Shown here piece by piece: positions 46,644 through 55,734 of a stretch of 64,000 nt of DNA. Source of the stretch: Candidatus Latescibacterota bacterium (GTDB lineage Bacteria > Latescibacterota > UBA2968 > UBA8231). Made by a program: the position numbers and the translations under genes. Under the pieces are notes generated by a model that saw only the letters and a program-made list of their open reading frames with translations, searched no databases and was not told the DNA's origin. The stretch is taken from NCBI GenBank assembly GCA_965223905.1, contig CBDCXV010000010.1, positions 1,120,001-1,184,000 of the forward strand, written 5' to 3'. Every line of letters begins with the position of its first letter. Positions within the stretch are counted from its first letter, which is position 1.

Positions 46644-48023
46644 TCAGAACAGGAAGAACCCGTAGGTTTCCTGGGTCCGCATGTCGGGATAGCTGCGCGT
46701 CCACTGGCTCCAGTTGACATGCGCCCGGTAGCCGCGCTGAATGCGGATGCCCCACAGCGAGCCCGGCTTCGGGTGGGGAATCTCCGGCTCGTATGAGAGC
46801 CCCGTCTGTCCGAACAGGAGCTTGTACTCGACGGACCAGTATTCCTCCCCTACGAAGGCTGCCGCTTCGGATTCTGCCGTCCAGGAGTAGTCGTATTCCT
46901 GCCAGTTCGGCAGCGTCGAGCAGCCGTCGGTGATTACCCCCAGGGAGTTGACGGTTACTCTGCAGGTATTCTTCTGGTCGCGGTCGATGTCGAAGAAAAC
47001 CTGGAACAGGTCCTGCAGGGGCTCATCGGTCTGATCGCGCTCGGTAGTCGACACGATGAGGCTTTCCGGGTGTGCCTCCTCGAAGCGGGCTCCGAAGTAG
47101 AGCGCCGCTTCCGTTCTCAGGATGGCGACATCGCTGACATGCTCCGACAGTTGCGCGGCGCTGTGTGTGCCCCAGGAATAGAAGGGCCCTGTCCTCGCGG
47201 CCCGATCCCAGACGGAATCGTCCAGGCGGCCATCGATCACCGGGGCCTTCTCGACCGCGGGGATGTCGAGCAGCCAGCCGCTTCGGCGCCAGATGTCAAT
47301 CGCTTCATCCACGTGTTCATTGTCGTAGAGGAAACGCCCGTACGCGAAGTTCGCTTTCTTGTCCTCCGGAGCGAAGGAGAGCGCCGTCTTGTAGATGGAA
47401 TCGGCCGCTGCCAGCGATCCCTTGAGCGCAGCGCCTCGAGCCTCCTTCAGCCAGGCGCTCACTTTCTCCGCGACGATGATCCTCGCTTCGAGACTGGAGT
47501 CCCGGTGCCCGTCGTCCAGGTGTTCTCGCGCGCTGGCGACGAGCCTCTCCTCCTGGGGCTCGGTCAGCTTGTCGCGAATCAGGTGGAGCGCCCGGAAAAC
47601 CCTGGCGCAAACGTCCCCTTCCTCATCGCCCGTGGCCTGCAGGATTTCATCGGCGAAATCCGCTCGCTTCAGGATGCCCAGCTCGTGGGCGATACGGGCG
47701 CGCACAGCCGCATCGGGATCGCTCACAAAGTGTGAACGCAAGGCCGCGCTCAGGCGCTCGTCTTCGAGCCGCATCAGCAGACCGGTCAGCACCTCCGTCA
47801 GCTCTACGCGCACCTCTGTGCGGGTGTCTTCTTCAAAAGCGGCGAGCAGGTCGGGAATCGCCTCCCCCTTGGCGAGCAGCAGCTCCTGCTTCGCCATTTC
47901 GAGATCTTCACCGCGTTGCCCAAGCCCGTCGATCAGGTCGTCTGTCGAGGGGCCGCAGTTCGCCAGGCAGAGGATCGCCAGCATGGCCAGCGCCCTCGAT
48001 CGCGCCCTGAAAATCGCTGTCAC
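46644..48023 (-). CDS. Lipoprotein with HEAT/TPR-like repeats and C-terminal CBM9-like domain
   Basis: Lipobox LANC; DPDAAVRARIA..LG HEAT motif; APVIDGRLDDSVW..A; ALYFG; WSVEY. Confidence 0.7.
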   Translation of the reverse strand: MTAIFRARSRALAMLAILCLANCGPSTDDLIDGLGQRGEDLEMAKQELLLAKGEAIPDLLAAFEEDTRTEVRVELTEVLTGLLMRLEDERLSAALRSHFVSDPDAAVRARIAHELGILKRADFADEILQATGDEEGDVCARVFRALHLIRDKLTEPQEERLVASAREHLDDGHRDSSLEARIIVAEKVSAWLKEARGAALKGSLAAADSIYKTALSFAPEDKKANFAYGRFLYDNEHVDEAIDIWRRSGWLLDIPAVEKAPVIDGRLDDSVWDRAARTGPFYSWGTHSAAQLSEHVSDVAILRTEAALYFGARFEEAHPESLIVSTTERDQTDEPLQDLFQVFFDIDRDQKNTCRVTVNSLGVITDGCSTLPNWQEYDYSWTAESEAAAFVGEEYWSVEYKLLFGQTGLSYEPEIPHPKPGSLWGIRIQRGYRAHVNWSQWTRSYPDMRTQETYGFFLF

Positions 48024-48033
48024 TACAGTCGCC

Positions 48034-48756
48034 TCAGGCCGCCCGCTCGGCCGGCTGGGTCACGTACTCGACGTAGATCTTCTCCAGGTCCTGTTGCTCG
48101 AGCTCTTCGCGGGTAAACTCTTTCACCAGATGGCCCTCGACCATGATGCCGATGCGGTCGGCGATCGCCTTGGCGCGAAAGATGTCGTGTGTGGTCATCC
48201 AGATCACCTTGTTTTCGGAACGCAGTTCGGAAAGCAGATCGAGAAACTCCGCGCCCGATTTCGGATCGAGCCCCGAGGTCGGCTCGTCGAGGAGGATGAC
48301 CTCGGCGTTTTTCATGATGGCGATGGCGATACCCAACTTTTGCCGCATCCCCTTGGAGAACCCCTTCACACGGCGCTGAAAGGCGTCCTGCTGCAGACCG
48401 ACCCGTTCCATTACATGTCGATAGTCGGCATCGGTGGCATCTTTGCGTCCACCCAGTTTGGTGAAGAAGTCGAGGTTCTGGCGCGCGGTGAAGTTGCCGT
48501 AAAGCATGACGTTTTCCGACACGTAGGCCACGTGTTTCTTCGCCTCGAGCGGGTCTCTGGTGACGTCGATACCGCAGATCTTCACCGTGCCCTCGGTCGG
48601 CTCGGTGAAGCCGAGGGCAACCATCAGCGTCGTGGTCTTTCCGGCGCCGTTGGCGCCGAGCATGGTGAAGATCTCGCCTGGCTCGACCGTGACGTTGAGG
48701 TTGTTGACGGCGTGAACGTCCCCGTAGTGTTTGGTCATTCCGATGATTTCGAGCAT
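48034..48756 (-). CDS. ABC transporter ATP-binding protein
   Basis: GANGAGKTT; FSKGMRQKLGIA; ILLDEPTSGLDP; TTHD. Confidence 0.92.
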   Translation of the reverse strand: MLEIIGMTKHYGDVHAVNNLNVTVEPGEIFTMLGANGAGKTTTLMVALGFTEPTEGTVKICGIDVTRDPLEAKKHVAYVSENVMLYGNFTARQNLDFFTKLGGRKDATDADYRHVMERVGLQQDAFQRRVKGFSKGMRQKLGIAIAIMKNAEVILLDEPTSGLDPKSGAEFLDLLSELRSENKVIWMTTHDIFRAKAIADRIGIMVEGHLVKEFTREELEQQDLEKIYVEYVTQPAERAA

Positions 48757-48804
48757 CTGTACCTATTCGCTTTCTCGCCCCCCCGGGGGTCGTTCCGAGA
48801 ACGT

Positions 48805-48820
48805 ATTGGATATGGCGAAT
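48805..48820. promoter_or_regulatory. Candidate DtxR/MntR-type operator upstream of the ABC/TolC operon
   Basis: ATTGG-ATATGG-CGAAT: imperfect 5-6-5 palindrome whose spacer is identical to that of the feo box at 52072. Confidence 0.4.
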
Positions 48821-48869
48821 GTTGAACAGGTGTTTTGGACCGACTTCACAGGCGTGGGTGATGCCCGGG

Positions 48870-49200
48870 CCGGGACGGACTCCAACCGGTACGCGGCGAT
48901 CTTGGCCAACAGCATCTTGCGCGTGATCCCGAGCCGGGTGGCCGCACGCGTGCGGCTATGGCCCTTTTCCGCAAAGGGCCTCGGCGATCGCCTGCCGTTC
49001 GACGACGGCGAGGCGTTCGGCAAGGCTCCCCGCATGCGGGACTTTGCTGACGGATGGCGCAGACGGGGCGGCAGGTCTTCCCCGCTGACCTGCAGGCCGT
49101 TGCAGAGGATGGCGGCGCCCCGGATGACGTTCTCCAGTTCGCGCACGTTTCCCGGCCAGGCATTCCGCTGCGGGAGGTCCTTGGCACCGGGGGTGACGGC
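48870..49200 (-). pseudogene. C-terminal remnant of a sigma-54-dependent (NtrC/Fis-type) activator
   Basis: WPGNVRELENVI..AAIL and Fis HTH GHSRTRAATRLGITRKMLLAKI, but no Walker A or GAFTGA region upstream. Confidence 0.7.
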
Positions 49201-49289
49201 CTCCACCGGCTTCATCTATTCGGGGGGCTACATCCCGACAGCAACAGGCCGCTCCGCTGCCGTTGCCGCACCTTCTCGAGGCGTTCGGT

Positions 49290-49472
49290 TCAGTTGCGAC
49301 TGGGCGGGTCGATCTCGATGAGGGGGGAGTCGGGGCCTTTCTCCTCCTCCTCCTCCTCGCGGCGGCGTCGGGAGAACGGCGCCAGGACGCGCACCGCCAC
49401 CCAGCCGGCGCAGAACCCGGCCACGAGCAGCGCCGCTCCAGTCTGCCAGTTCTCGGTCAGGAAGGCGGCCAC
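49290..49472 (-). CDS. Small single-TM protein downstream of feoB
   Basis: 60 aa, 18 nt after the feoB stop; WQT.AALLVA... TM, then RRRR-EEEEEE and PLIEID. Confidence 0.5.
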   Translation of the reverse strand: MAAFLTENWQTGAALLVAGFCAGWVAVRVLAPFSRRRREEEEEEKGPDSPLIEIDPPSRN

Positions 49473-49490
49473 AGTTTCTTAGCCGGGCGT

Positions 49491-51683
49491 TTACCCCAAC
49501 CCCAGCCACAGGCCGCCGCGGTAGGTCGCGAGAGCCCCGAGGTATGCCAGCAGGGTCATGTAGGCGAAGGTCAGCAGCGGCCACTTCCAGGATCCGGACT
49601 CCCGCTTTATCACCGCCAGCGTCGACATGCATTGGGCGCAGAGCGCGAAGAAGACCATGATCGACAGGGCGACGGAGATACCGATAGCCGGACTCCCGTC
49701 GGCGCGCCTGGCCGCTTGCAGGGCATGGCTCAGGTCTTCGGAGGTTTCGTCCTGATCCCCTCCGAGGCTGTAGATCGTTCCCAGCACCGACACGATCACC
49801 TCGCGCGCCGGGAAGGAGGCCAGGGTCGCCATGCCTATGCGCCAGTCCCACCCCAGGGGGGCGACGACCGGCTCGACGAACTGGCCCGCCTGGCCGAGAT
49901 AGCTGACTTCCAGCAGGTGGGCGGCCTGGCGGCGTTCGATATCCTGGATCTCCTGGGCCGCGGTCGCGCCCAGGCGCTCCCTCTCGTACTGCTGCACGAC
50001 CTCGCCGGGCCGCGGGAAATAGGCAAGCGCCCACATGACGATGGTGGTCGCGAGGATGATGCTGCCGGCGCGCAGGACGAAAGCCTTGCTGCTGTGGTAG
50101 ACCCGCAGGGCGACGGTGCGCGGCGCCGGCAATTTGTACGACGGCATCTCGAGCAGAAAGGGGGGCGGATCCCCCTTCAGCAAGGTCCCCTTGAGCAGCC
50201 AGGCGACCGGGACGGCGACCGCGGCCCCGACGCAGTACATGGCGAACAGGGTCAGTCCCTGCAGGCCGATCCAGCTGCCGAGGAGGGCGCGGTCCGGGAT
50301 GAAGGCGCCGATGAAGAGGACGTAAACCGGCAGCCGTGCCGAGCAGCTCATCAGCGGCGCCACCATCATCGTCGTCAGGCGATCGCGCCGGTCCTCCACG
50401 GTGCGCGTCGCCATCACTCCGGGAACGGCGCAGGCAAAGCTGGAAAGCAGCGGCAGGAACGACTTTCCCGACAGCCCGCAGCGGCTCAGCAGCCGGTCCA
50501 TCAGCAGGGCGGCGCGCGCCATGTAGCCGCAATCCTCGAGCACGGAGATGAACAGGAACAGGATGGCGATCTGTGGCAGAAAGATCACCACGCCGCCGAC
50601 TCCGGCTACGACCCCGTCGACAATCAGGCTGTGAAGCGGGCCGGGGGCCATCGCCGCGGAGATGGCGGCGCCCAGGCCCGAGAACAGCGTGTCGATGGCG
50701 TCCATGACCGGCACCGCCCAGGCGAAGATCGCCTGGAACACGAGCGCACTGAGGAGGGCGAACACCGCCACGCCGGCGACCCGGTGCATGAGGACGCGGT
50801 CGATTCTGTCGGAACGGCTCGGGAGCAACCGTCCCCCCTGAATCACCGAGTCCTCGAGTACCCGCTCGATCCATGCATAGCGGACCTCGGTCTCGAGCGC
50901 GGCGAGCGGGCCCGCGGAGCCGACCTCGCCTCTCATTCGTTCCAGACGGGTGTTGATGCCTCCTCCCAGTGAGGCGCCGAGGCGCTGTTCGATGACCCCG
51001 CCCGCGTCGACGAGGGCGCGAAACGCCTCGACCCGGGACAGGGAGCGCTCGCGGCCACCCGCGGCCACGGGGAGCCCCGCGAGCGCCTGTGCCTGCTCGC
51101 TCAGGAGCTCGGGGAACTCCGGCAGGTTCGGGTGCGGTTGCTCCGCGGTGTTCAGAACCGCCTCCAGGGCCTGTTTCAGGGCCCGCAAGCCCTGGCGCCG
51201 CCTCGCGGAGATCGGAACGACCGGCACCCCGAGGCGGGCGGACAGGACACTGGCGTTGACCTCGACGCCGCGGCGCCGGGCGATGTCGGTCATGTTGAGG
51301 GCGATGACGATCGGAGTGCCGACCTCGAGCAGCTGCGAGACCAGGTAGAGATTGCGGCGCAGGTTGCTGGCGTCGACGATGGCGAGAACGAGATCGACCT
51401 CGGGAGCGCCGGCCTGCTGGCCGAGAAGGAGGTCGACGGCGATGAGCTGGTCCGGGGCGTGAGCGGCGAGGCTGTAGGTTCCCGGCAGATCGATCAATTC
51501 CGCGGTGGCCCCCCCGCTCAACGAGAGGGTGCCGCTCATGTGCTCGACGGTCACACCAGGGTAGTTGCCGACGTGCTGCGAGAGCCCGGTGAGGGCGTTG
51601 AACAGGGTGGTCTTGCCGGTGTTGGGGTTGCCGATCAGGGCGATCGAGGGCGCCGGCCCGCCCCCGGGTGATGCTGCGGTCAT
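49491..51683 (-). CDS. feoB: Ferrous iron transporter B
   Basis: GNPNTGKTTLFNALTG; VGNYPGVTVE; DLPGTYSL; NMTD; LEDCGYMARAA; ACAVPG; MSCSARLPVY. Confidence 0.96.
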   Translation of the reverse strand: MTAASPGGGPAPSIALIGNPNTGKTTLFNALTGLSQHVGNYPGVTVEHMSGTLSLSGGATAELIDLPGTYSLAAHAPDQLIAVDLLLGQQAGAPEVDLVLAIVDASNLRRNLYLVSQLLEVGTPIVIALNMTDIARRRGVEVNASVLSARLGVPVVPISARRRQGLRALKQALEAVLNTAEQPHPNLPEFPELLSEQAQALAGLPVAAGGRERSLSRVEAFRALVDAGGVIEQRLGASLGGGINTRLERMRGEVGSAGPLAALETEVRYAWIERVLEDSVIQGGRLLPSRSDRIDRVLMHRVAGVAVFALLSALVFQAIFAWAVPVMDAIDTLFSGLGAAISAAMAPGPLHSLIVDGVVAGVGGVVIFLPQIAILFLFISVLEDCGYMARAALLMDRLLSRCGLSGKSFLPLLSSFACAVPGVMATRTVEDRRDRLTTMMVAPLMSCSARLPVYVLFIGAFIPDRALLGSWIGLQGLTLFAMYCVGAAVAVPVAWLLKGTLLKGDPPPFLLEMPSYKLPAPRTVALRVYHSSKAFVLRAGSIILATTIVMWALAYFPRPGEVVQQYERERLGATAAQEIQDIERRQAAHLLEVSYLGQAGQFVEPVVAPLGWDWRIGMATLASFPAREVIVSVLGTIYSLGGDQDETSEDLSHALQAARRADGSPAIGISVALSIMVFFALCAQCMSTLAVIKRESGSWKWPLLTFAYMTLLAYLGALATYRGGLWLGLG

Positions 51684-51713
51684 TCCTGATTGCCGCGCGG
51701 TGGCCGGGTATAG

Positions 51714-52019
51714 CTACGTCGCCGCGGGATGGGCGGGCCTGCTCGAGGAAACCGCCCGGTCCAGGGTGCGCACGCGAATGGCGGAGGCGTCTTTCCGGCG
51801 CATGGCGACGCGCCCTTCTCCTACCTGAAGGACGATGCGGCTGCCGCTTCGAATGACGCGAACGCGCACTCCGGGAACCAGACCGATTTCGCGGAGCCGC
51901 GTCTCGACCGAGGTATTGCAGGGGGCTTCGACCACCTCGGCTTCGGCATGAAGACCGCATTCCGACAGATTGGTGATCCCCGCGTCCTGCCCGTTTCGGG
52001 AGCTTCCGTTTACGTTCAT
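51714..52019 (-). CDS. feoA: Ferrous iron transport protein A
   Basis: RLREIGLVPG..V.VIR.G...L.V...RVAMR...A..I.V; directly upstream of feoB. Confidence 0.85.
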   Translation of the reverse strand: MNVNGSSRNGQDAGITNLSECGLHAEAEVVEAPCNTSVETRLREIGLVPGVRVRVIRSGSRIVLQVGEGRVAMRRKDASAIRVRTLDRAVSSSRPAHPAAT

Positions 52020-52062
52020 TCCATTCCTGTCGTTTCCAACCGGTGACCTGCCGTATGTGTGA

Positions 52063-52135
52063 CAAACAATCTGTTTGATATGGCAAACAAATGATTGCTA
52101 TGCCTAATATAGGGGTCCCGCTCGGCGCTAGTCAA
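52063..52135 (-). promoter_or_regulatory. feoAB promoter with phased DtxR/MntR-type boxes
   Basis: -35 TTGACT (52135-52130), 18 nt, -10 TATATT (52111-52106). Palindromes TGTTTG-ATATGG-CAAACA (52072-52089) and GATTG-CTATGC-CTAAT (52093-52108), plus a half-site CAAACA at 52063. Confidence 0.65.
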
Positions 52136-52300
52136 CCGCCTTTTTGCGGTTGTGATCCGCTGGATTTGCGCGCCTGAGCGCGCCAGTCTTAATCGCCGGG
52201 CAGGGCCCGGAACCACCTGTTCACGCATGGGCAAAAGGACGGAGGATGGATTGTCGGAAGCCGAACAGGAGCCGGGCTCCCCTTCGGGTCGAACGGCGCT

Positions 52301-53584
52301 TCAAAGGGTGGGGGGGATCTCCTTGCCCTGGGGGTCGAGCGCCCGCTCGGCCACCTGCCGGTCGATCTCGCGTTCCAGGCGCTCGTCGATGTAGTGCTCG
52401 AGGATGTCGGCCGGATCGTGCACGTGGTCGGGCCTGATCCCCAGCTCGTTGAGATAGGTCTCCCACAGCCGGTGGCCGCGCAGCAGCCGCAGCCCCTGGC
52501 TGCGGCCAAGTTCGGTCAGGCGCAGCCCGGTCGCCGTCTGCTGGAGCAGGGCGCGGCGGCGCAGGCGGCGCAGGGCGAGGCGGGCAAGCAGGGTATTGAC
52601 CGATGCCTCACCGCGCAGCTGCCGGGCGGGCCAGCGCCGGTTCTCGTCGACCTCGGCAGCCCGCACCATCGAGAGCAACAGGTGGTCCTGGGCGATACTG
52701 ACCGACAGCCGGCACCGCTGCCAGAGGCGCGCCAACAGTCCCTGCCGCGGCGCGAGGAACACCGACAAGGCGAAGGCCGCGCCGAGGAGCACCACGATGG
52801 CACCGGCGATCGAGCTGTTCCAGATGCCGGCCGCGTAGTAGCCGCCCACGGCCGCGGCGATCCCGAACAGCACCGCAACTGCCAGCACGACCGGCAGGCG
52901 GTCGCTCCACAGGCAGGCCGCGGCGCCGGGAACGATCAGCAGGGCGACCACGAGAATGGCGCCTACGGACTCGAAGCTCGCCACGGTGGTCACCGACACC
53001 GCCCCCATCAGCAGGTAGTGGACGAGGGTGGCGTTGATGCCGACCGACAGGGCCATGGCCGGATCGAACGAGGCGATCACCAGTTCCTTGTACAGAAATC
53101 CGACGAACAGCAGGTTGAGGAGGAGGACCGAGCCGAGGATCCAGACGGGTCGCGGACCGAGATCGGTATCCCCCCAGACCAAGGTGTCCCAGGGGGTGTA
53201 GGCGATCTCTCCGTAGAGGACGCACTCCTGGTCGAGATCGACCTGCCCGGCATACGCGGAGATCAACACCACGCCGAAGGCGAACAGGGAGGTGAAGACG
53301 ATGCCGATCGAGGCGTCCTCCGGGACCTGCCAGCGGCGGTGGAAGACTTCGACGAGCAGGGTGGTGACCAGCCCGAAGGCCGCGGCGCCGGCGAACATCG
53401 GCAGGATGGCGCGGCTCCCGGAGAAAAGGAAGGCGATGGCGATCCCGGGAAGCACCGCGTGGCTCAGGGCATCGCCGAGCAGCGACATCCGGCGCAGCAC
53501 CAGGAAGGTGCCGACTAAGGCGCAGGAAGCCGCGGCGAGCGCCGCGGTCAGCAGAATGGACCACTCCCCCTGGACCGCGGTCAC
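52301..53584 (-). CDS. troD: Mn/Zn/Fe ABC permease (TroD/MntD-like) fused to a DtxR-like domain
   Basis: GTG start overlaps the upstream stop; FLVLRRMSLLGDALSHAVLPG; VDLDQECVLYGEI; C-terminal LTELG...GHRLWETYL...DHVHDPADILEH. Confidence 0.85.
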   Translation of the reverse strand: MTAVQGEWSILLTAALAAASCALVGTFLVLRRMSLLGDALSHAVLPGIAIAFLFSGSRAILPMFAGAAAFGLVTTLLVEVFHRRWQVPEDASIGIVFTSLFAFGVVLISAYAGQVDLDQECVLYGEIAYTPWDTLVWGDTDLGPRPVWILGSVLLLNLLFVGFLYKELVIASFDPAMALSVGINATLVHYLLMGAVSVTTVASFESVGAILVVALLIVPGAAACLWSDRLPVVLAVAVLFGIAAAVGGYYAAGIWNSSIAGAIVVLLGAAFALSVFLAPRQGLLARLWQRCRLSVSIAQDHLLLSMVRAAEVDENRRWPARQLRGEASVNTLLARLALRRLRRRALLQQTATGLRLTELGRSQGLRLLRGHRLWETYLNELGIRPDHVHDPADILEHYIDERLEREIDRQVAERALDPQGKEIPPTL

Positions 53585-54915
53585 AAGGCCGCCCTCCCTT
53601 CGTCGCCGGCTCCGTAGCCGCTTCCGGTCTCGTGGATGTTGATCACCCTGGCCGGATCGAGTCCGTGATCGCGCTGCAGGATCTCCTCGAGACGGGCGAT
53701 GATTTCGGGCGTCAGCAGGTGCTCGACCTCGTCGGCAGGCCGGTCGACGTGGTCGGCGGCGAGGATGTCGCGGTAGACGAGGAAATGTTCCCACAGGCGG
53801 TGCGACTTGACGACGAAGGTCGCCTCGGACATCCCCGCCCCTGTCAGCGCGATGCCGTCGTTTTTCACCTCGGCGAGGCCGGCGCGCGCCAGGCGCTTCG
53901 CCTCCGTCTCCGCCCGTCCCGCATCCGAGCCCAACTCCGCTGCGACCTCGCCGATGGAAAACCGCTGCCTCCCGGGATGCCCCTCGAGCAGCTCGACCAC
54001 TGCCCGCAGGATATGGTGACGCCGCTCGCGGCGCTCGTTGGCGCGTCGCCGGCGCAGACGCGCCAAAATGCCGCGCCGGGGTCCGAAGAGGACGGACAAC
54101 AGGAAGAATCCGGTCGCCACCATGACCATCACCGGCCCTGTCGGCAGGCGCGGGGCCATGGCGCTCAGGGAGGTCCCGACAATGCCCGACAGGCCGCCGA
54201 AGAGCGCCGCAAGCAGCACCATGCGGTGCAGGCGCTCGGTCCAGAAACGGGCCGCCATGGCCGGGGTGATCAGCATGGCGGCGATCAGCACCACTCCGAC
54301 CGCCTGCAGCCCGACCATGACCGTCATCACGATCAGGCCCATCAGCGCCATGTCGATGGCCCGCACCGGGAACCCAAGGGACTGCAGGAAGCCCGGGTCG
54401 AAGATCAGGGCCTTGAACTCCTTGTAGAGCAACAGGAGGACGGCGATGATGGCGAGGCTCATCGCCGCCATGACGAGGATGTCCTCCTCGACGATGGCCG
54501 CGGCCTGGCCGAACAGGAACTTGTCGAGGCCGCTCTGGTTGCCGACGCCGCTGCGCTGGATGTGGGTGAGAAGGACGATGCCCCCCCCGAAAAAGACCGA
54601 GAGCACGATGCCGATGGCGGAATCGGCCTTGAGGCGCGTGTGGTGGACGACGAACTGGATGACCAGCATGCCGGCGACCCCGGTGGCGGTGGCGCCTGCG
54701 ATCAGCACCGGCAGCGACTTGCTGCCGGTCATCATGAAGGCGAGGGCGACCCCGGGAAGAGCCGCGTGTGCCAGGGCGTCACCCATCAGGCTGCGGCGCC
54801 GGAGGACGGCGAACGTCCCCAGCATGCCGCCGGTTGCGCCGATGAGAAGGGAGCCGGCGAGGACGAAACGCACGTTGGCGTCGGTCAGCGAGAGGACTTC
54901 CCAGAGGCCCGTCAT
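53581..54915 (-). CDS. troC: Mn/Zn/Fe ABC permease (TroC/MntC-like) fused to a DtxR-like domain
   Basis: FAVLRRRSLMGDALAHAALPG; SGLDKFLFGQAA; PTGP; C-terminal wHTH and SHRLWEHFL...DHVDRPADEVEH. Confidence 0.85.
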   Translation of the reverse strand: MTGLWEVLSLTDANVRFVLAGSLLIGATGGMLGTFAVLRRRSLMGDALAHAALPGVALAFMMTGSKSLPVLIAGATATGVAGMLVIQFVVHHTRLKADSAIGIVLSVFFGGGIVLLTHIQRSGVGNQSGLDKFLFGQAAAIVEEDILVMAAMSLAIIAVLLLLYKEFKALIFDPGFLQSLGFPVRAIDMALMGLIVMTVMVGLQAVGVVLIAAMLITPAMAARFWTERLHRMVLLAALFGGLSGIVGTSLSAMAPRLPTGPVMVMVATGFFLLSVLFGPRRGILARLRRRRANERRERRHHILRAVVELLEGHPGRQRFSIGEVAAELGSDAGRAETEAKRLARAGLAEVKNDGIALTGAGMSEATFVVKSHRLWEHFLVYRDILAADHVDRPADEVEHLLTPEIIARLEEILQRDHGLDPARVINIHETGSGYGAGDEGRAAL

Positions 54916-54924
54916 CGCCCCGGA

Positions 54925-55734
54925 TCACCCGCGGTAGTCCTGGACCGCCTCGGCGGCCTGCGACAGCACCGTGAGGCGGCCGCCGTAGGTCTTGTGGAGG
55001 TTCTCTTCGGAGAACACCTCCGCCGTGGGTCCGCTGGCGACGACGCGCATGTTGAGCATGATGACCCAGTCGAAGTAGCGGGTCACGGTCTGCAGGTCGT
55101 GATGCACGCAGAGAATCGTCCTGCCGAGAGCGCGCAGCTCCATCAGGATGTCGATGATCGCCTGTTCCGTGGTCGCGTCGACCCCGGCGAACGGCTCGTC
55201 CATCAGGTAGATGCGGGTGTCCTGCGCCAAGGCACGCGCCAGGAAGACGCGCTGCTGCTGGCCGCCGGACAGCTGGCTGATCTGGCGGCCGGCGAAATCC
55301 CCCATGCCGACCTTGTCGAGCGCCTCCTCGGCGGCGCGGCGGTCCTCCCTGCGCGGCCTGCGCATCCACCCCAGGCGGCCGTAGCGTCCCATGGTCACCA
55401 CCTCCAGCGCACTGATCGGGAAGTCCCAGTCGACGGACTCCCGCTGCGGCACGTACCCGACCGACCTGCGCATGCGCTCGTACGGCTTGCCGTAGATGCG
55501 CACCCAGCCCGAGGCCTTGGGAAGCAGGTCCATGATCGCCGTGATCATCGTGCTCTTGCCGGCTCCGTTTGGGCCGATGATGCCGACCAGCTGGCCTTCG
55601 GGCACGTCGAGGTCGACGTCCCAGAGCACCGGCTTGCGGTGGTAGGCGATCGTCATGTCGTGTATCTGGATCGGGATCTCGCTCGGATCGACCCCGTCCA
55701 GCAGCCGGACCGCGGGGTTGCGCGGGGTCGTCAC
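54925..55734 (-). CDS. troB: Mn/Zn/Fe ABC ATPase
   Basis: GPNGAGKST; YVPQRESVDWDFP; LSGGQQQRVFLARAL; MDEPFAGVD; HHDL. Confidence 0.9.
   Translation of the reverse strand: MTTPRNPAVRLLDGVDPSEIPIQIHDMTIAYHRKPVLWDVDLDVPEGQLVGIIGPNGAGKSTMITAIMDLLPKASGWVRIYGKPYERMRRSVGYVPQRESVDWDFPISALEVVTMGRYGRLGWMRRPRREDRRAAEEALDKVGMGDFAGRQISQLSGGQQQRVFLARALAQDTRIYLMDEPFAGVDATTEQAIIDILMELRALGRTILCVHHDLQTVTRYFDWVIMLNMRVVASGPTAEVFSEENLHKTYGGRLTVLSQAAEAVQDYRG

Noticed and set aside
49228-52086. 952-aa Arg/Pro/Gly-rich ORF
   Set aside because: Off-frame overlap of feoA/feoB with low-complexity composition typical of GC-rich alternative frames.
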